Positions 30,075 through 41,051 of a stretch of DNA of 64,000 bases are shown here, one piece after another; the first letter of the stretch is position 1; each line of letters starts with the position of its first letter. The notes under the pieces are model-generated. The model worked only from the letters and a program-made list of their open reading frames with translations. It was not told where the DNA came from and searched no databases. The position numbers and the translations under genes were made by a program. Source of the DNA: an uncultured Phycisphaerales bacterium (GTDB lineage: Bacteria; Planctomycetota; Phycisphaerae; Tepidisphaerales; Tepidisphaeraceae). Where the stretch lies: the NCBI GenBank assembly GCA_963755915.1, contig CAVWLP010000002.1, forward strand, positions 3,328,001 through 3,392,000. Direction: 5' to 3'.

Positions 30075-31300
30075 ATGGACTACAGGACATTTCAAGGCAC
30101 CACGATGAGCGCGGCCCTGGCCGAGGTCAAACAGGAACTCGGCCCGCAGGCCGTCATCCTGCAGACGCGCAGCTACGTGAAAAATCGCTGGCTGGGCCTG
30201 CGCCGGCGGGAAATCTTCGAAATCACCGCCGGTCGCGACGTCCGCAGCCCAGTCGATCCCGCGCAATTCGTCGCCCGCAGCCCGCTCCCAAGCCGCCGCT
30301 CCAATCGACCCTCGATTCGCGCCGCCAGCTCCTCGAAATCCCCGCCGGCCAAAATGCCGCGATGCTCGGACTCTTCCAGGAAATGTCCGGCCTCAAGACG
30401 ATGCGTCAAGGATCTCGTCGCCCATGCCGACCGCACCGCGGCTCCCGCACATTCCCGAGGAACTGTTCGCCTACTACTCCAGCTCATCCAGAACCAGGTC
30501 GCCGAGGAATTGGCCGGCGGACATGATCAAAACCCTTCAGCGGCAAATCCGCCCCGAGCACGCTCGACCAGGCGGAATTCGTCCGCTCCAAACTCGCCGA
30601 GCAGATCGAACGACATCCTGCCCGCCTCCGGCCCCATCGTCCGCACCAAAACCACCGGCCCCACGTCGTCGCCCTGATCGGCCCCACCGGCGTCGGCAAA
30701 ACCACCACCCTCGCCAAGCTTGCCGCCAATCTCAAGCTCCGCGAAAAACGCCGCGTCGGACTGATCACCCTCGACACCTATCGCATCGCCGCCATCGACC
30801 AGCTCAGAAAATACGCCGACATCATCGGCTCCCCCCTGAAAGTCGTCGCCACCGGCGAAGAACTCTCCGCCGCCGTCGCCCGATGAGCGACTGCGAATTC
30901 ATCCTCATCGACACCGCCGGCCGCAGCCCCAACGACGCCCTGAAGCTCAGCGAACTGAAAGGCCTCCTCGCCGCCGCCGCACCCCGATGAGGTTCACCTG
31001 GTCCTCTCCACCACCGCCAGCCAGAAATGCGTCGAGCTGGCGATCGCCCGTTTCGGCGAAGTTCGCGTCGACAAGATCATTTTCACCAAGCTCGACGAGG
31101 CGGCCCACGTCGGCGTCGTCCTCAACGTCGTTCATAAGGTCAACAAGAGCCTGTCATACGTCACGACCGGCCAGGACGTTCCCGACGACATCGAAGTCGG
31201 CCAGGCGCGGCGGCTGGCTCAACTGATCCTCTCCAATTCGCCACGGCCGCTATTAATCATGGGAAATCACAAGCAGCTCCAACGATCGAGGAAAACGCCA
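30075..31300 (+). CDS. flhF: Flagellar SRP-type GTPase FlhF (several frameshifts; end approximate)
   Basis: [59 protein letters not shown] across frames. Confidence 0.9.
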
Positions 31301-32170
31301 ATGTCCATCATGATCGATCAGGCCAGCACAACTGCGGCGAATTACGCACGCCAAGTCAGCCCGCGCCACCGTCATCGCCGTCACCAGCGGCAAGGGCGGC
31401 GTGGGCAAAAGCAATATCGCCGTCAATCTGGCGATCAAGCTCGCCTCCGCCGGAAAACGCGTCGTTCTCATGGACGCCGACCTCGGCCTCGCCAACGCCG
31501 ATGTCCTCTGCAACATCGATCTCCCGTCCAATCTGTCGCACGTCATCTCGCGCAGAAACGCGAACTTGGCCGACGTGATGGTCGACGGCCCCGGCGGATT
31601 CCGACTCATCGGCGGCGCTTCGGGCCTGGCCCGTATGGCCGACCTCACCGACTACGACCGCCAGCGCCTCGTCACCGCCCTGGCCGAACTTGAAGCCCAG
31701 CAACGACATCATCCTGATCGACACCGGCGCCGGCATCAGCCCCAATGTCCTGAGCTTCACCCGCTGCGCCGACCAGGTCCTGGTGGTCACCACGCCCGAG
31801 CCTACCGCCATCACCGATGCCTATGCCGTCATCAAGGTCATCAGCCGCGATGCCCCCGATCGCCCGCTTAGCCTGCTGGTCAACCAGGTCCGCATCCCGG
31901 GCGAAGGCCAACTCGTTTACGAGCGCATCGCCAAAGTCGCCCGGCAATTCCTAGGCGTGCACGTGCTGGATGCAGGCTGCGTACCCTCCGACCCCGAAGT
32001 CCCCAACGCCGTCCGCCGGCGAACGCCGTTTCTGCTCGCCAGCCCCAAGCTGCCCGGCCAGCCTGTGCATCACCCAACTGGCCATGCGCCTCGAGCGGGG
32101 CGTCGCCCCCAGCGTCGAGCTCGCCGGCGGTGGCTTCTTCAATCGCATGAGCCGGTGGTTCAGGAGATAA
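31301..32170 (+). CDS. flhG: MinD-like ATPase FlhG (frameshifts)
   Basis: MIDQA.., SGKGGVGKSN, DADLGLANAD, DTGAGIS, TPEPTAITDAYA. Confidence 0.92.
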
Positions 32171-32214
32171 AAAATGTCACACGCAATAGCTATTCTCATA
32201 CCCAGGAGTTCAAC

Positions 32215-32455
32215 ATGGCCAATCGAATCGCCGGCGTCACGGCTTCATGGTCTTTGTCCGTCTGTCTCGTCGTCGGCAGGCATCGAGGCCGACAACACTT
32301 TCACCACCACCGTCGAGCGGGCATTGATGGCAATGGCGGTTACCCTCGTTATCGGACTGGTCGTCGGCACCATGGCCAGCAAAATGCTCGAGGAAAATCT
32401 AAAGTCACACGAAGAAAAACTGAAAAAAGCAGGACACGACCCCAGCCCAGGGTGA
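32215..32455 (+). CDS. Small membrane protein between flhG and fliA (probably frameshifted)
   Basis: AGGAG RBS + MANRIAG..; TM ERALMAMAVTLVIGLVVGTMA. Confidence 0.55.
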
Positions 32456-32570
32456 CCGATAAACGAAAGTGATTACTCCGGATTCGGCTCCGCTCAAATC
32501 CATTAACCCCTAACTTTCCGAAGGGCCGAAAATGCCAGCCGCGTTCAAACCTCACGGACCGGGAGGATTC

Positions 32571-33360
32571 ATGCCTAAGCCAGCCATCAAGGACATCAAG
32601 CAGGTCTGGATCGATTACAAAAAAACCAAAACCGAGAAGCTCCGCAACATTCTGATGGAGAACTATCTCCATCTCGTCCGCTACAACGCCGAGCGCATCC
32701 ACGTCAAGCTGCCCGACGAAGTCGAGCTCGACGACCTGATGTCCGCCGGCATCTTCGGCCTGATGGACGCCATCAACGCCTTCGACCTCGAACGCGGCGT
32801 CAAATTCGAAACCTACTGCGCCCCGCGAATCCGCGGCGCGATCCTCGACGAGCTTCGCTCCATGGACTGGGTCCCGCGCCTGGTCCGCTCCCGCGCCCAC
32901 AAGCTGGACACCGCCGCCAAGGCCCTCGAAGCCGAGCTCGGCCGCTCGCCCACCAACAACGAAATCGCCCATCGCCTCAAGGTCTCCATCCCCGAATTCG
33001 AGAAAATGGCCAAGGACGCCAGCGCCGTCGGCGTGGTCTCCCTCTCCCGCAAATGGTTCGAGACCGACAGCAACAAAGACGTCCGCGAGATCGACGTCCT
33101 GGAAGACAAGCGCGGCGCCGACCCCGTTCGCGAAATCCAGCGCAAGGACCTCAAGGAACTGATGACCAAAGGCCTCTCCCGCGCCGAGCGCCTCATCATC
33201 ATCCTCTATTATTTCGAAGAGATGACCATGAAAGAGATCGGCCTGACCCTCGACCTGAGCGAATAGCCGCGTCAGCCAGATGCACAGCTCCATCCTGGCC
33301 CGACTGAAAGCCCAGATGGCCGACCGCCGCAAGGAATTCCAGCAGGCGACTGCGGTGTGA
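32571..33360 (+). CDS. fliA: Flagellar sigma factor FliA/WhiG (1-nt insertion ~33264)
   Basis: ILDELRSMDWVPR, YYFEEMTMKEIG; removing one T restores LSESRVSQMHS. Confidence 0.95.
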
Positions 33361-33391
33361 AGTTTGTTTAACTTTTGCGCGCTTCTTCTTA

Positions 33392-33433
33392 CCCCCTCGC
33401 CCGGTACTCCGGGAGATGGTCGGGGTGAGGGCC
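33392..33433 (-). repeat. REP-like repeat family A
   Basis: Reverse copy just downstream of fliA. Confidence 0.8.
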
Positions 33434-33656
33434 TTGGAAGAATCTTCCGACACGTGCGCCTGAACCAAAGCCAACTTCAATCCATCTACCCGAATTCTTC
33501 GCCACTCCCGCCGGTCCAGTCGGATCAGCTCCCCGCTGTTCATTCCCTCTTCAAGCAGTTTCTCAAGCCTCTTTCTGCTTTCTTTATGTTGTTGCCCTGT
33601 CAAAATACCTCCGCAGTATCCGCATTTGTTCGCTGCACGAGAAACTCCGGTTCCCG

Positions 33657-34772
33657 CTAAACCTTTATGCTCCGCCCCTCTCGCGCCGACTGATAAATCG
33701 CCTCGATAATCCCCAAATCCCTCAGCCCCTCCTCCCCCGTGGCCTTGAACGGCCCATCTCCCATGATCGCCCACGCAAACCCATCCATCTCCCCCACAAA
33801 CTGATCCGCCGGCGTTACGTCCACCGTTTCTAGACGCCCGCCGCGGCTGATTTGAAACTTCACCCCAGTATACGCCTCCCCCGGTTCAAGCACGCAATAC
33901 CCGTTTCTCCCATGCACCTCATACCGATTCAGGTTCGTGTTATAGCTCGAAAGACAACTCGCCAGCACCCCACTGGGAAATTTGAGCTGAAAATCGCAGT
34001 GCTGCTCCACTTCCCGAAAATGCGGATCGCGCGTGTCCTGATAGGTGTGGGCAAAAACTTCCGTCGGCTGCTCCCCGCTCAGATATCTCGCCGCGCTCAG
34101 CGAATAAATCCCGATATCCATCAAACACCCGCCGCCCGCCAGTTTCTTGTTCAGCCGCCACTGTTTGGGATCGCCGATCGCGAACCCCGTTGCCGTCTGA
34201 ATAATCTGTATCGGCCCAATCTCCCCCTCCCGAAGCGCCGCGATGCACGCCAATGTTGCCGCATCCCAGTGCATCCGATACCCAATTTGCAATCGTTTCC
34301 CCGCCTTCTTCCCCGCCTCGATCATCTGCCGGCACTCTCCGGCCGAATTTGCCATCGGCTTCTCACACATCACATGTTTCCCCGCCCCAAACGCCCGAAT
34401 CGTATATTCCGCGTGCATTCCGTTCGGCAGCACGACATACACAACATCCACCGCCGGATTATCCCCAATCGTGTCAAAGTTCTCGTAGTTGTAAATATTT
34501 TTCGAATCGATCCCATATTTCGTCGCCACCACCGCAGCCTTGGCCGGATGCCCGCTCACCAGCGCCACCGGCTTGCAAAACGAGCACCCCATCATCCCCG
34601 GCAGCAGATGATTCCGACAAAAATCCCCCAGCCCCACAAACGCAAACCCAAGCTTTCTATCCGCATCCGCCGCCATCAAAGGCTTCACCCCCACATTCGC
34701 GAGCGCCACTGCTCCCAATGCCATCGCCGAGCTTTTCAGCATATTCCGACGCGAAACAGTCCCATGAAACAT
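33657..34772 (-). CDS. Tat-exported Gfo/Idh/MocA oxidoreductase (glucose-fructose oxidoreductase-like)
   Basis: SRRNMLK Tat motif, VGLG, PNGMHAEY, KHVMCEKPMA, GGGCLMDIGIY. Confidence 0.92.
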   Translation of the reverse strand: MFHGTVSRRNMLKSSAMALGAVALANVGVKPLMAADADRKLGFAFVGLGDFCRNHLLPGMMGCSFCKPVALVSGHPAKAAVVATKYGIDSKNIYNYENFDTIGDNPAVDVVYVVLPNGMHAEYTIRAFGAGKHVMCEKPMANSAGECRQMIEAGKKAGKRLQIGYRMHWDAATLACIAALREGEIGPIQIIQTATGFAIGDPKQWRLNKKLAGGGCLMDIGIYSLSAARYLSGEQPTEVFAHTYQDTRDPHFREVEQHCDFQLKFPSGVLASCLSSYNTNLNRYEVHGRNGYCVLEPGEAYTGVKFQISRGGRLETVDVTPADQFVGEMDGFAWAIMGDGPFKATGEEGLRDLGIIEAIYQSAREGRSIKV

Positions 34773-34805
34773 GCGGCCTCCTCGTCCCCCGCAATTTTCT
34801 CCCCC

Positions 34806-34860
34806 ATTCGACATTTGGCAATCGGCATTTAGCATTCCCCATTGACCCCCACTCCACATT
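34806..34860. repeat. Degenerate 7-bp tandem repeat array
   Basis: ATTCGAC ATTTGGC AATCGGC ATTTAGC ATTCCCC ATTGACC in the divergent intergenic region. Confidence 0.7.
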
Positions 34861-34899
34861 CCTTACCATTCCAATAGATTTTATCGACGCGGAGACGTA

Positions 34900-35343
34900 T
34901 TGCGCCTTTCCAAGCGAACCGAATATGGATTGCGGGCTGTTGTACAGTTGGCCAGGCTCTGGCCCACGGGGTTCATACAATCCCGCGATCTCGCCCAGCA
35001 TGAGGACCTGCCCAATAAATTCCTCGAGGCGATCCTCCTGGCCCTGCGCCGCGGCGGGTTCCTGGAAAGCAAGGTCGGCAGCGGAGGAGGATACCGCCTG
35101 TCTCGATCCCCACGCGAAATCGGCGTGGGCGATCTCATTCGCCGGCTCGAAGGCCGCCTTACCATCAAGGAAAAGGAAGGCGTTTCCACCGCTGACCTCT
35201 CCCCAGGAAAGGCCGCCGTGCGTCTCGTCAACGAACGCCTCACCGATGCCACCGATCAGGTCCTCGACAAGATGACCCTCGAGCAACTGATGGAGCAGGT
35301 CAGTCGATTCTCCAGCGTCGATCAGTCGATGTATTACATCTGA
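34900..35343 (+). CDS. Rrf2-family transcriptional regulator (no Fe-S cysteines)
   Basis: MRLSKRTEYGLRA, FLEAILLALRRGG, GSGGGYRL. Confidence 0.93.
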   Translation: MRLSKRTEYGLRAVVQLARLWPTGFIQSRDLAQHEDLPNKFLEAILLALRRGGFLESKVGSGGGYRLSRSPREIGVGDLIRRLEGRLTIKEKEGVSTADLSPGKAAVRLVNERLTDATDQVLDKMTLEQLMEQVSRFSSVDQSMYYI

Positions 35344-35987
35344 TGCTTCCTCTCTCGACAATTTTTGAAGTCCATACCCTCCTCCATTGGCTCCGCCGAG
35401 GGAAATACGGCGCACTCTTCGGGCTCCTTTTTTCCTGCGGTCTCGGACTCCCCATGCCCGAAGATGTCCCGCTACTCGCCGCCGGAATCATGGTCTTTCA
35501 CGGCGAAATGCACCTCTGGCTCGCCGCCCCCATCGCCTGGCTCGGCATCATCGGCGGCGACTGCGTCCTCTACACCCTCGGATACTTCCTCGGAGAGAAA
35601 ATCACCAAAATCCCCGTCCTCGGCTCCCACGTCACACACGCACGCCTGGAGCGCGCCGAAAATCTCTTTCGAAAATACGGCGTCTGGATGGTCGCCCTCG
35701 GCAGAATGTTCATGGGAATCCGCGGCGCCATGGTCGTTGCCGCCGGCACCAGCAAGCTCAAATTTCACAAGTTCATCATCGCCGACGGCCTCGCCGCCAT
35801 CGTCAGCGGCGGTGTCTTCGTCTATCTCGGCTACTGGGGCGGTGAATACGGCCCCCAAATGGCCCGCCGCGTCAGCCATTTTAAGTACGGCCTCTGGATC
35901 GCTGCGGGTGTTCTTGCCATTGTCCTGATATTCTTCTTCTTCTGGCGTGGCGGCGGCCCACCCGAAGACTCGCCGCCAACGGAATGA
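35343..35987 (+). CDS. DedA family membrane protein
   Basis: GLPMPEDVPLLAAG, GDCVLYTLG, GRMFMGIR. Confidence 0.92.
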   Translation: MLPLSTIFEVHTLLHWLRRGKYGALFGLLFSCGLGLPMPEDVPLLAAGIMVFHGEMHLWLAAPIAWLGIIGGDCVLYTLGYFLGEKITKIPVLGSHVTHARLERAENLFRKYGVWMVALGRMFMGIRGAMVVAAGTSKLKFHKFIIADGLAAIVSGGVFVYLGYWGGEYGPQMARRVSHFKYGLWIAAGVLAIVLIFFFFWRGGGPPEDSPPTE

Positions 35988-36683
35988 CCATCCGCTCCCT
36001 CGCCATCGAGACCTCCTCGCGCGTGGGCTCCATCGCCCTGGCCGAAGACGGCCGCACGATTCTCGAAGACACTTTTCCCCACGGCCTCCAGAACGCGGCG
36101 CGAATCGTCCCCTCGATCGACGCCCTAACCCGCCGCCTCGGCTGGACCCGCGCGATCTGGCCGAAATCTACGTCTCCGCCGGCCCGGGCTCCTTCACCGG
36201 CCTGCGCATCGGAATTACCCTCGCCAAAACCCTAGCCTTCGTCACCGGCGTAAAGCTCGTCGCCGTTCCTTCCGTCCGCGTCATCGCCGAAAACGCCCCG
36301 ACCGACGCCAATTTCATCGTCATCGTCCTCGACGCCAAGCGCGACCAGATCTTCACCGCCTCATTCCAGCGCGGCCAGGACGGTTGGAAAGAAATTGAAC
36401 CCGCACGCCTCTCATCTCTCTCCGAAGTCCTCGCCCGCACCCCCCGGCCCGTCTCTTTGATTGGCGAAGGAATCCCGTGGCACCACAAATTTCTTGATGC
36501 CGCCGACAAACAAATTCACATCACCCAAGAATCCCTATGGCGTCCGCGGCCGCCGCCGTCGCAACTCTCGGCTGGAATATGGCCCGGCGCGGCGAGTTTG
36601 CCGACTCTCTCTCCCTCACCCCGATCTACATCCGCCGCCCCGAAGCCGAGGAAAAATTCGACGCCGACTTCCGGAAAAGATAA
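35984..36683 (+). CDS. tsaB: tRNA threonylcarbamoyladenosine biosynthesis protein TsaB (two frameshifts)
   Basis: LAIETSS, GPGSFTGLRIG, LDAKRDQIF, PIYIRRPEAE. Confidence 0.93.
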
Positions 36684-37405
36684 TTCGGATTTTGCGCCGC
36701 AATCTCATAGGTCCCCATCCGCTTCACTTCCTCGATCACGCTGCAAACCTCTCACTTCGACCCATCCGCCGAATCGTCGAACAGCACAAACCCTCCCGGC
36801 TCCAAAAACTCGTCCGTATTCAGAAAATCCCGTAGCGCATATTCATACCCGTGATTCCCGTCGATAAAGCAAAAACTGATCGGCCCTCCGAGCTTCGTGT
36901 TCTGCCCAAACACATCCGTCACCGTGATCCCCGCCCGCCAAAATTCAAAAAATTCCTCCGACCGCTTCTCAATCGTATGCGGCAGCGCCTCCGCGCTGAA
37001 CATCTCAGCATTACGCACAAAGCTGCCCCTGACAAACTCGCGGTATTTTGAGTGCGGAATATCCGATTCGCCCACGTTCCCCTCCGCTCCCTCGAATTCC
37101 CAGTTGTCGCACGTAAACAGCCTGTTCTCGACCCCATGCTTCCGCTTGAAATAGGTCAAAATGTTCGTCGAAAGCCCGCAAAACGATCCGATCTCCAGCA
37201 TCGGATTGTTCGACGGCAGATTCCGGATCGCGAAGTCGAAGCAAAGCAGATTCCCCTGGTTGAGCATCCCCGCGTTCGCAAACGAGAGATACTCCAGGTA
37301 ATCGTCCATCAGGTTGATGAACTCCGTCCCCCCGCGCGTCCGCCCGACCGGGTACTGCTTGTAAATCTCCGGGATCGGCCGCTTGAATTCCTTCAGGGTT
37401 GTCAT
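36626..37405 (-). CDS. Class I SAM-dependent methyltransferase (Methyltransf_24-like; frameshift ~36755)
   Basis: LEIGSFCGLST, FIDGNHGYE, PGGFVLFDD. Confidence 0.85.
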
Positions 37406-37412
37406 TTGTCAC

Positions 37413-38649
37413 CTACGCTGTTGTAAATTTCTGCCACATCGAATCGCTGATCGGCTTCGGATCCTCCGCCGCATTCCCCTTCGCGCGCACGCCCGGAATC
37501 GCCAGCGGATCAACCGGATTATCCGCGCGATTCTTGAATCTCGCCGTACTCTTCAGCAGCCCCAGCGCCGCGCAGGTGATGATCAACCCGCTCCCCCCGC
37601 GCTGACCAGCGGCAGCGACAACCCCTTCGTCGGCACGCTCACCGTCGCCACCGCGATATTGATCATCGCCTGAAGCGACACCATGATCCCCACCCCAAAC
37701 GCCAGCATCTTCCCAAAACTGTCCCCTTTCATTTTCACGGTCTGCCAGGCGCAATACAGAATCCCGAGGTAGAGCGCGACGGTCAGCATCGCCCCAAAAA
37801 TCCCCAGCTCTTCGCAGATCACGGAAAAAATGAAATCGGTGGTATCTTCAGGAAGATATCCCAGCTTCTGCACTCCGTTGCCCAGCCCCCGCCCCGTCCA
37901 TCCGCCTGTGGCGAAGCTCAGCAGGCTTTGGATCATGTGATACCCCTCGCGCTGCGGCGCCGCATATGGATTTTCGAACGCGGTGATCCGCCGCCAGCGG
38001 TATTCCTTGTGCATCACGAACCACAGCCCCGCCGCCACCACCGGCGGAATCACAATCGCCAGATGCCACCACCGCACCCGGCCCACCAGCAGCATCAGCA
38101 GCGCCGTCAACGCGATCAACGTCGCCGTCCCGAAATCCTCGATAATCACCAGCAGGCAAAGCGCCGCTACGGGAATCAGCGTCGGCAGAAACCCGCGAAA
38201 AATCGATTCAAGTCGATCGGCCGCTTCGAGAGCCAATACGCCAGGTAAATCACCACCGCCCACTTCGCCAGCTCGGATGGCTGCACCTGCATCGGCCCCA
38301 GCCGAAGCCACCGCCGCGCCCCATTCACCGCCACCCCCACGTGCGGCACCAGCACCACCGCATTGGCCAGCGCCGTAACCCCCAGCATCCACATCACCGG
38401 GCTTCGCCAATGGCTCGAGCGCCGCCGTCCAATCCACGCATAATTGATTGCGCCGACAATAAAAAATATCCCCACTCCCGCCGCCGCAAAGGCCGACTCT
38501 TTCAGTGCCCCCGCCGACCACTGCCAGTCGGTGCGCATCGCCGCCCCGGCCGATGCCGATTGCACCATCACCACGCCCAGCAGCAGCAGCCCCAGGACGC
38601 AGAGCGTCAGCATATCCCGCGTCCGCAGGTGATAAATCGTGACTTCCAT
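37413..38649 (-). CDS. ftsW: SEDS peptidoglycan glycosyltransferase FtsW/RodA (two frameshifts)
   Basis: NGARRWL..QPSELAK, GLGNGVQKLGYLPE..TDFIFSVICEELG, PTKGLSLPLVSAGG. Confidence 0.9.
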
Positions 38650-38768
38650 CTCTTTCTATTTATCGGACCCCACGATTCCCGAACTTGAAGTTCCTCTTCT
38701 ACCGGCGCTGCCCGACCTGACCGATTGAGTTTTGGCCGATGCTCGGTACGATTGAAACCCATTAACAA

Positions 38769-39592
38769 ATGGTTAACGAAACCATGACGGTCGAAGCTCC
38801 AACCTCCCAACCCCAACAGGCCCCTAAGCCGACGACGGGCACATTGCTCGACGGCCCCCTCCGCCGAACTCGTCTGGTCATCACCAAGGTCTCGGTCGTC
38901 ATCCCGGTCTTTAACGAGGAAGCCACCATCCAGGACCTCGTCCGCCTCGTCGTTGACGCTCCGATGCCCAAGGGCTTGGTTCGCGAGATCATCATCGTCA
39001 ACGACTGCTCCACCGATGGCACCGCCGCCAGGCTCGATCAGCTCAAAACCCTCTTCCCTGAATCAGACATCCGCGTCTTCCACAAGCCGGTAAATCAAGG
39101 CAAAGGGGCTGCCCTCCGCGACGGGTTCAAACTGGCCGCCGGAGATGTCATCCTCATTCAGGATGCTGATTTGGAATACGATCCCAAGGATTACCCCCGC
39201 CTGCTCCAGCCCATCGCGGACGACAAGGCCGACGTCGTCTACGGCAGCCGATTCATCGGCGAACCCCACCGCGTTCTCTATTTCTACCACACCCTCGGCA
39301 ACAAGTTCCTGACCTCATTCAGCAATCTCTTCACCAACCTTAACCTGACCGACATGGAGGTCTGCTACAAGGTCTTCCGCAAATCGGTCCTCGATCGCAT
39401 CAAGCTCAAATGCGATCGTTTCGGCTTCGAGCCGGAAGTCACTGCCAAGATCGCCAGGATGCGCCGCGCCTCCGTATCTATGAGGTCGGTGTCGCCTACT
39501 ATGGCCGAAGCTACGAAGAGGGGAAGAAAATTACCTGGAAAGATGGTATTAAGGCACTGCTGACCATCGTGCGCTTTCGATTCTGGGACTAA
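38769..39592 (+). CDS. GT2 polyprenol-phosphate glycosyltransferase (DPM1-like; frameshift ~39465)
   Basis: [40 protein letters not shown]. Confidence 0.92.
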
Positions 39593-39618
39593 AAACCTGC
39601 TGAATTGAGTATCCTTAA

Positions 39619-40044
39619 ATGTCGATGAGGCAGATAATCGCGGTTTTGACGCTCGCGCTGCTGACAGGGTGCATGGATGCTCCGCTGGGCTCGGGCATCA
39701 ACGGCCCGACGGGCCGCGCCAGTGATACCGGAAAAATCACTGCCGTCCGCGTCCGGCCCGTCTGGATGTACGACCTGAAACAGCGGTCGCAGGATATGGT
39801 GGTCAGGAAACTGACCTACGGCCAGACGGCCCGGTTCGACGACGTGCATTTTGAAGGCTTCTACGACGCGACCCTGAACGTGACGCGCGTTTCCGTTTTT
39901 GGAAACGTGAGTTCCGCGAGCGACTATGGAACCACGTATAACAATGGTTACTACGTGACCTGGGAAGAGGACGGCCGCGTCAGCGGCGATAACCTCCCGC
40001 CGTGGCGCATCGTGGATGTCGTTGTTCTTGATCAGACGTATTGA
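39619..40044 (+). CDS. Hypothetical lipoprotein
   Basis: Lipobox LLTGC; coding-like codon usage; in an operon. Confidence 0.75.
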   Translation: MSMRQIIAVLTLALLTGCMDAPLGSGINGPTGRASDTGKITAVRVRPVWMYDLKQRSQDMVVRKLTYGQTARFDDVHFEGFYDATLNVTRVSVFGNVSSASDYGTTYNNGYYVTWEEDGRVSGDNLPPWRIVDVVVLDQTY

Positions 40045-40067
40045 ATTGTCGCCAGTAGATTCACGCT

Positions 40068-41009
40068 ATGCGTATTCTCATTTCCGGCGCTGCGGGCTTT
40101 CTCGGATCGCATTTGAGCGATCTGCTCCTCTCCCAGGAGCATGACGTCGTCTGCATCGACAACCTCCTGACCGGCAAGCTGGAAAACATCGCCCACCTGC
40201 GCGATAACCGGCATTTCTCTTTCATCAAAGCCGACGTCACTGGTCCATTCAAAATCGAAGGCGCCCTGGACCGCATCTATCATATGGCCTCGCCGGCCAG
40301 TCCGATGGGGTACGTCAAGCACCAGGTCGCGACGCTCAAAGTGAACAGCCAGGGAACGTGGAATCTGCTCGAGCTGGCCGAGGCCAAAAGATGCCGGTTT
40401 CTGATGGCCAGCACGAGCGAGTGTTACGGCGACCCCGCCGTCAATCCGCAGACGGAAGCTTACTGGGGCAACGTCAATCCGATCGGCATGCGAAGCATGT
40501 ACGACGAGGCCAAGCGATTCAGCGAAGCCTGTACGATGGCCTACCATCGCGAACGCAAGGTCGATACGCGACTCATCCGCATCTTCAACACCTACGGGCC
40601 GCGGATGGATCCGTATGACGGGCGGGTGGTCATCAGCTTCATCCGCCAGGCGCTGCACAATGAGCCGCTGACGGTGTTTGGGGATGGGAAGCAGACGCGC
40701 AGCTTGTGTTATGTGAGCGATCTGATTCGCGGCATCAACCTGACCATGGAGAGCGATTTCCGGGAGCCGATCAACCTCGGGAATCCGGATGAGATCACGA
40801 TTCTGGATATCGCGAGAGTGGTTCTCAAGCTGATTCCGCAGAGCAAGAGCACGATCTCGTTTCACCCGATGCCGCCGGATGATCCGAAGGTGCGGTGCCC
40901 GGATATCACGCGGGCGAAGCAGGTTTTGGGGTGGACGCCGGTGGTTTCGCGGGAAGAGGGGCTGAAGAAGATGATTGAGTTTTATCGGGAAAGCCTTTCC
41001 AATCGTTAG
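40068..41009 (+). CDS. UDP-glucuronate decarboxylase (UDP-xylose synthase)
   Basis: GAAGFLGSHL, ASPASP, ASTSECYGDP, YDEAKR, RIFNTYGPRM. Confidence 0.93.
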   Translation: MRILISGAAGFLGSHLSDLLLSQEHDVVCIDNLLTGKLENIAHLRDNRHFSFIKADVTGPFKIEGALDRIYHMASPASPMGYVKHQVATLKVNSQGTWNLLELAEAKRCRFLMASTSECYGDPAVNPQTEAYWGNVNPIGMRSMYDEAKRFSEACTMAYHRERKVDTRLIRIFNTYGPRMDPYDGRVVISFIRQALHNEPLTVFGDGKQTRSLCYVSDLIRGINLTMESDFREPINLGNPDEITILDIARVVLKLIPQSKSTISFHPMPPDDPKVRCPDITRAKQVLGWTPVVSREEGLKKMIEFYRESLSNR

Positions 41010-41051
41010 GTGGGGCATCTGACAGAATCTGACAAAATCTGACACTTTTGA

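Noticed and set aside
11441-33360. Non-flagellar injectisome
   Set aside because: Rod, hook, hook-cap, FliG, FlhFG and FliA genes identify a flagellar system
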